64,000 nucleotides of DNA from Halodesulfurarchaeum sp. GTDB lineage: Archaea; Halobacteriota; Halobacteria; Halobacteriales; Halobacteriaceae. Location: contig JBDGUI010000007.1 of the NCBI GenBank assembly GCA_042216015.1, forward strand, positions 71,437 through 135,436. The letters are read 5' to 3'. The notes beneath the pieces were generated by a model that saw nothing but the letters and a program-made list of their open reading frames with translations, was not told the DNA's origin and did not search any database. A program made the position numbers and the translations under genes. Positions 58,011 through 64,000 of the stretch are shown piece by piece (positions within the stretch are counted from its first letter, which is position 1; each line of letters starts with the position of its first letter).

Positions 58011-58249
58011 AGGTATCGCGGTCTAGCGGTCGATCACGCATAAAACGCCGCTTTCGAAGCGGGCGACCTCGGCGTTTCGACGACACGCGCTGCAGCCGTT
58101 TGGATCCCTCAATGCCTCCTGGTTGGGTGTCCTCAGCCCCTGTTTTGAGTGTCCCGAACCCCTCTCCCTTCCTTCGGACCCCACAACCCGACTGATTCGA
58201 AGCGTGCTTCGGGGTGTCCCACCCGTCGAGTCCAAAAAAACCGCCTCGG

Positions 58250-59089
58250 TCAGTCGAGATCGACCCGGTCTCCGATTTCGACGATCTCGAGGCGACGGGG
58301 AAACTCGCGCGACCGTCGGTGGTCGTGAAGGGCGGTCGGATCCGCCGTGAGCCCCTTCCACATGTCCCAGTGGGTGGGGAGGAGCCGATCGAGCTGCAGG
58401 TCGACGGCCATCTCGATCACCTGGGACTCGTCGCTGTACCACGTGGTCCGCCTGGGCTCTCCCGTCTCCTTGTCCGGGATCTGTCCCGTACTACCGAAGG
58501 CCAGGATCCCGAGATCGATGTCGTAGCGATCGCCGATCTCGGCCAGTCCGTCGCCCGGTTTCGTATCGCCGCCGTGGAAGACGGCGATCCCGGCGTACTC
58601 GAAGACGTAGCTAACCGGGTCGATCGCGTCCGGATCGAATGCGGGTTCCACATGGACCGTCAGTTCGCCGACTTCGCGGGAGTCCCCCGGGGCCACCACG
58701 TCGAACTGCCCGGGCTCGACCCCGTACGTCTCCGTCCAGGACTCCGTTTCGCGGGCCGTTTCGACGCTCGCGGCTGGTCCGAGGAAACTCGCACCAGTCC
58801 CCGCGAGGATCGGCGCCTGGCTCGGGCCGTGAACGTGATCCGTGTGCTCGTGGGTGGCCAGCACCGCGTCGGCCGTCTGGACGTCGACCGGATCGAACGG
58901 AACTGGAATCATCCGGATCGTTCTCGGTGGATCGCCGGTACCGAGATACGGATCGACGAAGAGGGTGGTGCCATCGCCGGCCTTGATGACGAAGCCGTTG
59001 CAGCCGAGATACCAGAGCGCGATGCCCTCGGGATCCGCCGTGGCGACCGCCTCCGGAAGCCAGTCCCCCCAGTCGCTTTGAACCTCCAT
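58250..59089 (-). CDS. Metallo-beta-lactamase fold hydrolase (UlaG-like)
   Basis: WYLGCNG, VDPY, THEHTDH, FHGGDT, PTHWD. Confidence 0.88.
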   Translation of the reverse strand: MEVQSDWGDWLPEAVATADPEGIALWYLGCNGFVIKAGDGTTLFVDPYLGTGDPPRTIRMIPVPFDPVDVQTADAVLATHEHTDHVHGPSQAPILAGTGASFLGPAASVETARETESWTETYGVEPGQFDVVAPGDSREVGELTVHVEPAFDPDAIDPVSYVFEYAGIAVFHGGDTKPGDGLAEIGDRYDIDLGILAFGSTGQIPDKETGEPRRTTWYSDESQVIEMAVDLQLDRLLPTHWDMWKGLTADPTALHDHRRSREFPRRLEIVEIGDRVDLD

Positions 59090-59184
59090 ACAGACGGTGT
59101 GGCCCGCCCGCTCTTTAGCCACTTCGGCTCTCGCGTGGGGCTCGACCGGACGGGTTATACCCGCCTGTCCAATAGACCGGCGTA

Positions 59185-60219
59185 ATGACCGATTCGGACG
59201 GCTGGGAGGGCGATCTCCGGGACACGGGGCTCTCGCTCACGCACGACCGGGAGTGGGATTACGAACTCGAGCGAGTCGCGGATGCAGTAAAGAAGCGGGA
59301 CGCGGAGTCGGTCGGCCTCCAGTTCCCAGAGGGGATCAAACGCCGGGCACCTGGCGTCGTCGACGACCTGCGGTCGCTGCTTCCTGAGGGGGTGACACTC
59401 TATATCTCCGGGGAGGCCAATTTCGGTGCCTGTGATCTCGACACCGATCTCATGCGGCGGACCGATCTCTTCGTTCACTTCGGCCACTCGCCGATGGTCG
59501 AGAGCGAGGGGGTCATCTACGTCCCGCTCCGCTCGAACGTGGACGTGGAGCCGATCATGGACCGTGCCATCGAACACCTCGAGGTGGGGGAGGTCGGGCT
59601 GGTCACGACGGCCCAGCATATGAACAAGTTCGATGAGATGCGGACGTTTCTGGAAGAGCGTGGCTTCGCGGTCCAGACGCGGCGCGGTGATGACCGTCTG
59701 ACCCACGAGGGACAGGTGCTCGGGTGCAACTACGCGAGTGCGAAGGTTCCCGCCGAACAGGTCCTCTACGTCGGAGGGGGCGGTTTCCACCCGTCCGGAC
59801 TCGCGATGGACAACCCGGAAAAACGGGTCGTCATCGCGGACCCGGTGAACAACGTCGTCAAACCCGCCTCGGCGGAGAAGTTTCTCAAACAGCGCTACGC
59901 CACGATCCACGCCGCGATGGACGCCGAGTCCTGGGGCATCATCGCCGGCACGAAGATCGGCCAGCGTCGCCACGGCATCGCCGAGGAACTCGCCGCGGAG
60001 AACGACGACGCCTATCTGCTCACCCTGGACGAGATCACCCCCGATCACCTCCGGAACTTCGGCCTGGACGCCTACGTGAACACGGCCTGCCCCCGGATCA
60101 CGACCGACGACGGGCCGCAGTTCGGGCAGCCGCTTCTCACCCCCCAGGAGTATCGGATCGCGATCGGCGAGGAACCGATGGAGTCGCTGGGATTTGACAC
60201 GTTCGAGGGAACATGGTGA
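59185..60219 (+). CDS. dph2: 2-(3-amino-3-carboxypropyl)histidine synthase
   Basis: LQFPEG, FGACD, HFGHS, GQVLGC, GGGFH, TACPRI. Confidence 0.94.
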   Translation: MTDSDGWEGDLRDTGLSLTHDREWDYELERVADAVKKRDAESVGLQFPEGIKRRAPGVVDDLRSLLPEGVTLYISGEANFGACDLDTDLMRRTDLFVHFGHSPMVESEGVIYVPLRSNVDVEPIMDRAIEHLEVGEVGLVTTAQHMNKFDEMRTFLEERGFAVQTRRGDDRLTHEGQVLGCNYASAKVPAEQVLYVGGGGFHPSGLAMDNPEKRVVIADPVNNVVKPASAEKFLKQRYATIHAAMDAESWGIIAGTKIGQRRHGIAEELAAENDDAYLLTLDEITPDHLRNFGLDAYVNTACPRITTDDGPQFGQPLLTPQEYRIAIGEEPMESLGFDTFEGTW

Positions 60220-60292
60220 CCGATTGGCCGTCGGATTCGTTCCGATTCGGGCGGTTTGTCCAGGTGAGGACCACAGTTCGGAGGCTGCCCGG

Positions 60293-60916
60293 ATGGGACT
60301 GAAGGCACAACTGGAGGGCACACTCCAGGCGGTCACGGACTTCGATTCCCCCGACCGAGGTCTCGAGCAGTACCGAACGCCGGCCTCCGTCGCCGCCCAC
60401 CTCATCGCGCTGGCCGATCTGCAGGGCGATATCGAGGATCGAACGATCGTCGATCTGGGAAGCGGGACCGGCATGCTCGCCATCGGTGCGGCTCTCCGGT
60501 CCCCCGGACGGGTGATCGGCATCGAGGTCGACGCCGCCGCCATCTCGAGGGCCCGACAGAGCGAATCGAGCCTCTTCGAGGATCGACGAATCGACTGGGT
60601 ACGCGGGGACGCGACCCGGGTGCCCGTGCACCTCGATGGGGCAACGGTCGTGGCCAATCCGCCGTTCGGGGCTCACAGGGACAACCGGCACGCGGATCGT
60701 GACTTCCTCGAGACGATCGCGGCGGATGCCGCCGTCTCCTACACGATCCACAACGAGGCCAGCCGCGAGTTCCTCGAGGCCTTCACCATGGACAACGGGG
60801 GGCGGATCACCCACGCCTACGGGGTCGAATTCCACGTCCCGAAGCAGTTCCGGCATCACGAGTCCGCGAGTCACGCGATCCAGGCCGAACTGTACCGGGT
60901 CGCCTGGGATCGCTGA
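60293..60916 (+). CDS. METTL5-family RNA N6-adenine methyltransferase
   Basis: LEQY.TP, DLGSGTG, NPPFG, YTIHN. Confidence 0.88.
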   Translation: MGLKAQLEGTLQAVTDFDSPDRGLEQYRTPASVAAHLIALADLQGDIEDRTIVDLGSGTGMLAIGAALRSPGRVIGIEVDAAAISRARQSESSLFEDRRIDWVRGDATRVPVHLDGATVVANPPFGAHRDNRHADRDFLETIAADAAVSYTIHNEASREFLEAFTMDNGGRITHAYGVEFHVPKQFRHHESASHAIQAELYRVAWDR

Positions 60917-60989
60917 TGGTCGCGCTCCGCCGTTGACTCGTATTGATCGGTTCGGGTCGGGAGCGCTCGGTTTTGGCCGTCGATTCCGC

Positions 60990-62627
60990 CTACCGGTTTT
61001 CGGCCTCGAAGACCGGGACCCGGGTGTTCCCGTATTCGACCCAGATGACCGACTCGTTGTTCGCGATCCTGAGTGCACCGAGTGTCACCCGTTCTGATGG
61101 CTTCGGGACCGACACCCGATCCGGAAGTGCGGTGACGTTCGTTCCATTCGCCGCGGAGGCCCGGATCACGAAGGTCCCGTTCTCGGGCGCGATCGAGAGT
61201 CGGTGACCTGCGACGACGGTATTGGCCATTGCCGGTCCGCTCTCATAAAGCGGCGTCACGTTGCCGTTTGGGGTCTTTGCGGTGATCGCGTAGGCCCGCT
61301 GGCCGCCTGCTGCCCGCCATCCAGTCCGCTCGATGGTCACGGTCTCCCGCCACCCGATTCCGCCCACGGTGACACTCAGCCTTCCGGCGTTTTCCAGTCG
61401 ACCCTTCGAGATCACCTCGGTAAAGAGGGATCTCCCGGGATTGAAGACGAAGACCCCGGTCACCGTCGGTGGATCCGGAACGTCGATCACCGAGAGATTG
61501 ACCGGATCGAACCGGGGATCCGTGACCCTCTCTCCGTACCCGATTTCGTACCCGCGGACGGTGACCGTCTGGCCGGGGGCACTGAATTCCTCCGCCCCTG
61601 CGCTCAGGTTCACCGGCATGGCGATCGCGCCCATCACCACCACCGGAAACACGATCAACCCGATCGAGACCTGTCTGGCCGAGAGTTCGGTCACCGGGGA
61701 TTCCCGGAGGGTCCCCGCGACGGTGATCAGCAGGGCGACCACGATGACCAGGACGACACCCGGCCCCCGAAAGAGCTGGTAGGAGGCAGTCCCCGCATAC
61801 CACCAGACCGCCCAGAGCGTGAGGGAACTGCCGACCAGCACGCTTGCGGGAAAGAGCCGCCAGGGGTCGAGCCGATCCAGTTGTGGTCCTCGCGTTCGGA
61901 TGGCGAGTCCCAGACAGACCCCGAGGAGGAGTCCGAGGAGGTGTGTCTGAACCGCGACATTGGCCCACCACGGCACTCCATAGGAGGTGCCAGCCGAGGC
62001 GGTGATGATCGGATCCCGCAGCGTCCAGAACACCGTCGTCGCGAATTCGTGGGCGAGAATGCCGGCGACAGCGAGGAGGGGGTAATTGATCAGCACGTAG
62101 CCGGCTGCGGCATACACCACGCCGGAGGACCCGATGATCGGCCCCCAGGCGAAGAGGCTGGTGAGGAGTGCCACCCCGAGGACCCCCGCAGGGACGACGA
62201 GGAAGGCCCGAACATAGGGGTTCGTTCGCATCGAACCGAAGGCCGAGGTTCCCCGTCGGGTGGGGAAGTGTGAGAACGAATACTCGCTCACCGTGCCGAA
62301 GACGAGAAAGCCAGCGAGATTACCCACGAGGTGGCCAAGGTCCTGATGGGCGAGCGGTGCGGTCACCATTCCGAGTGCATAGCGGAGTGACCACGAGGTG
62401 AACGGAAGCGTGAGGACGGTTTCGTGCCCCCAATAGCCCTGGACGAAGAGGAAAAACCCGGCGATGACGGCCGTCGAAATCAGCGTTCCGATCGGCAGTC
62501 CAAGGAGAAGCCTGGACCGAAGCCGGGAACCGAGATCGTCGACGGGTCCGAGCGAAAACACGAGGCGGGCGGCAAGGACGGCGACGAGAGCGATAGCCAG
62601 CCTGGTTCCGACCGCGAGCGGATCCAT
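60990..62627 (-). CDS. Rhomboid intramembrane serine protease with C-terminal soluble domain (RhoI-like)
   Basis: H...GHLVGN, IGSSG (Ser), QTHLLG (His), extra TM helices, beta-rich C-terminus. Confidence 0.82.
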   Translation of the reverse strand: MDPLAVGTRLAIALVAVLAARLVFSLGPVDDLGSRLRSRLLLGLPIGTLISTAVIAGFFLFVQGYWGHETVLTLPFTSWSLRYALGMVTAPLAHQDLGHLVGNLAGFLVFGTVSEYSFSHFPTRRGTSAFGSMRTNPYVRAFLVVPAGVLGVALLTSLFAWGPIIGSSGVVYAAAGYVLINYPLLAVAGILAHEFATTVFWTLRDPIITASAGTSYGVPWWANVAVQTHLLGLLLGVCLGLAIRTRGPQLDRLDPWRLFPASVLVGSSLTLWAVWWYAGTASYQLFRGPGVVLVIVVALLITVAGTLRESPVTELSARQVSIGLIVFPVVVMGAIAMPVNLSAGAEEFSAPGQTVTVRGYEIGYGERVTDPRFDPVNLSVIDVPDPPTVTGVFVFNPGRSLFTEVISKGRLENAGRLSVTVGGIGWRETVTIERTGWRAAGGQRAYAITAKTPNGNVTPLYESGPAMANTVVAGHRLSIAPENGTFVIRASAANGTNVTALPDRVSVPKPSERVTLGALRIANNESVIWVEYGNTRVPVFEAENR

Positions 62628-62684
62628 ACCGGACGGTGGCTCGCGATGGAGTAAAAACCCCCTCCCTCGATCGCAATGGGGACT

Positions 62685-62752
62685 TGGAATCATTCGTTCC
62701 CGGACCCGAAATCACTCTGATCCGCACCTGGAATCATTCGGTCCCGGACCCG
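62685..62752. repeat. 24-bp direct repeat (23/24 identical) with a 20-bp spacer
   Basis: tggaatcattcg[t/g]tcccggacccg at 62685 and 62729. Confidence 0.8.
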
Positions 62753-62840
62753 GAGTTCCCACGCGGGGGCACGGAGTGGGCCGAGAGCGTGAGGACATCG
62801 GGTCGAAACGTTCAAACGACTCACTGGTTTACTCGCCGAT

Positions 62841-63125
62841 ATGGATCTTCGGGTCATCGAGCGCGGAGAATCGGAACTCGTCATCGAGATCGCCGGCGAG
62901 GATCACACGTTCATGAACGTCCTCAAGGGGGCGCTGCTCGAGGACGAGGCCGTCTCGGCGGCGACCTACGATATGAACCCGGAACAGTCGGGCGGCCAAA
63001 CCGAACCGGTGTTGACGATCAAGACGGCGGACGGTTCCGACCCGCTCGAGGCTCTCGAGGACGCAGCCGGCCACATCAAAGACCAGTTGACGGACCTGCA
63101 GAGCGCATTCGACGCGGCGGCCTGA
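62841..63125 (+). CDS. rpoL: DNA-directed RNA polymerase subunit L (Rpo11)
   Basis: [16 protein letters not shown]. Confidence 0.95.
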   Translation: MDLRVIERGESELVIEIAGEDHTFMNVLKGALLEDEAVSAATYDMNPEQSGGQTEPVLTIKTADGSDPLEALEDAAGHIKDQLTDLQSAFDAAA

Positions 63126-63152
63126 GATCGGAAAGCGACCCGAATCGAACGG

Positions 63153-63968
63153 TCACAGCCGAACTGGGATCCCCTGCTTGTCGAGGTATCGCTTGGTCTC
63201 CTGGATCGTGAACTCCTCGAAGTGGAAGATCGACGCCGCGAGCGCCGCGTCGGCACCGGCCTCGAACACTTCGTCCATGTGCAGGGGACTGCCGCACCCC
63301 GAGGAGGCGATTACCGGTGTCGAGACGGCCTCGGAGACGGCCTCCATGAGCGCCAGGTCGTAGCCGTCCTTCGTGCCGTCCCGGTCGATGGAGTTGACGA
63401 ACATCTCGCCGGCACCCCGCTCCTCGGCCTCCTGGACCCAGTCGAGGACGTCGATACCGGTTCCCTTCCGGCCACCGTGAATGGTGGCCTCGAACCAGAC
63501 CGACTCGCCGTCCTCGGTTTCGACGTAGTTCCGGCCTTCGTCGTCGTACCGCCGCCGGGCGTCGACGCTGAGCAGAATACACTGGTTGCCGAACGCCCTG
63601 GCCCCCGCCGAAATGAGTTCGGGCCGCTCGATGGCTCCCGTGTTGATCGAAACCTTGTCGGCGCCGGCGCGGAGTGTCTCCCTGATGTCCTCGACGGTTC
63701 GGATCCCCCCGCCGACGGTGAGCGGAATGAACACCTCATCGGCGATGTCACGGACGACGTCGAGCATCGTTTCCCGCCCCTCCGCGGAGGCGGTGATGTC
63801 GAGGAAGACGAACTCGTCGGCTCCGGCCTCGTTGTACCGTTTTGCCATCTCGACCGGATCACCGGTATACTCGAGGTCCTCGAACTGAACGCCGGTGTAC
63901 ACCGCGGCGTTGCCGTCCTCGTCCGTGTCGACGTCGATACAGGGAATGATTCGCTTCGTGAGGGTCAT
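63153..63968 (-). CDS. hisF: Imidazole glycerol phosphate synthase cyclase subunit
   Basis: [46 protein letters not shown]. Confidence 0.96.
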   Translation of the reverse strand: MTLTKRIIPCIDVDTDEDGNAAVYTGVQFEDLEYTGDPVEMAKRYNEAGADEFVFLDITASAEGRETMLDVVRDIADEVFIPLTVGGGIRTVEDIRETLRAGADKVSINTGAIERPELISAGARAFGNQCILLSVDARRRYDDEGRNYVETEDGESVWFEATIHGGRKGTGIDVLDWVQEAEERGAGEMFVNSIDRDGTKDGYDLALMEAVSEAVSTPVIASSGCGSPLHMDEVFEAGADAALAASIFHFEEFTIQETKRYLDKQGIPVRL

Positions 63969-64000
63969 CCCCAATCCTCCAGTGGAACGTCGTTTTCGCT

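Noticed and set aside
62685..62752. Mini-CRISPR (repeat-spacer-repeat)
   Set aside because: Only two copies with a 20-bp spacer, no resemblance to haloarchaeal 30-bp repeats, and no cas genes.

Overview
GC-rich chromosomal segment of a halophilic archaeon (class Halobacteria, judged from very acidic proteins and haloarchaeal gene order). It is almost entirely core housekeeping DNA: cell division and secretion (probable cdpA, ftsZ1-secE-spt5), DNA repair (polX, endonucleases V and III), RNA and translation factors (aCPSF1/FttA, TFS, rpoL, NAC, trmI, dph2, dph6, dtdA, a uS10 paralogue), lipid synthesis (egsA, geranylgeranyl reductase with a divergent ferredoxin), heme (hemE, hemH), purines (purNH, purB, a GuaB/GuaC-family enzyme), the full dapA-dapB-dapD-lysA-dapF-dapE lysine operon, hisF, aroE and two rhomboid proteases. 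I saw no CRISPR array, cas gene, transposase, integrase, tRNA or rRNA. The most interesting signals are too small for the ORF track: (1) a 25-codon upstream ORF ending FGKRGKR plus a stem-loop in front of the lysine operon, resembling an amino-acid-sensing leader peptide; (2) two paralogous acidic proteins (folded N-domain, disordered linker, coiled coil), each preceded by a 9-codon uORF that overlaps its GTG start; (3) chains of start/stop-overlapping uORFs before aCPSF1 and a Na+/Ca2+ antiporter; (4) two zinc-finger micro-proteins; (5) a DUF5787-like protein with PD-(D/E)XK-like and Cys-cluster motifs. All family names come from motif recognition, not database searches. Start codons were adjusted by eye where the ORF track over-extended.
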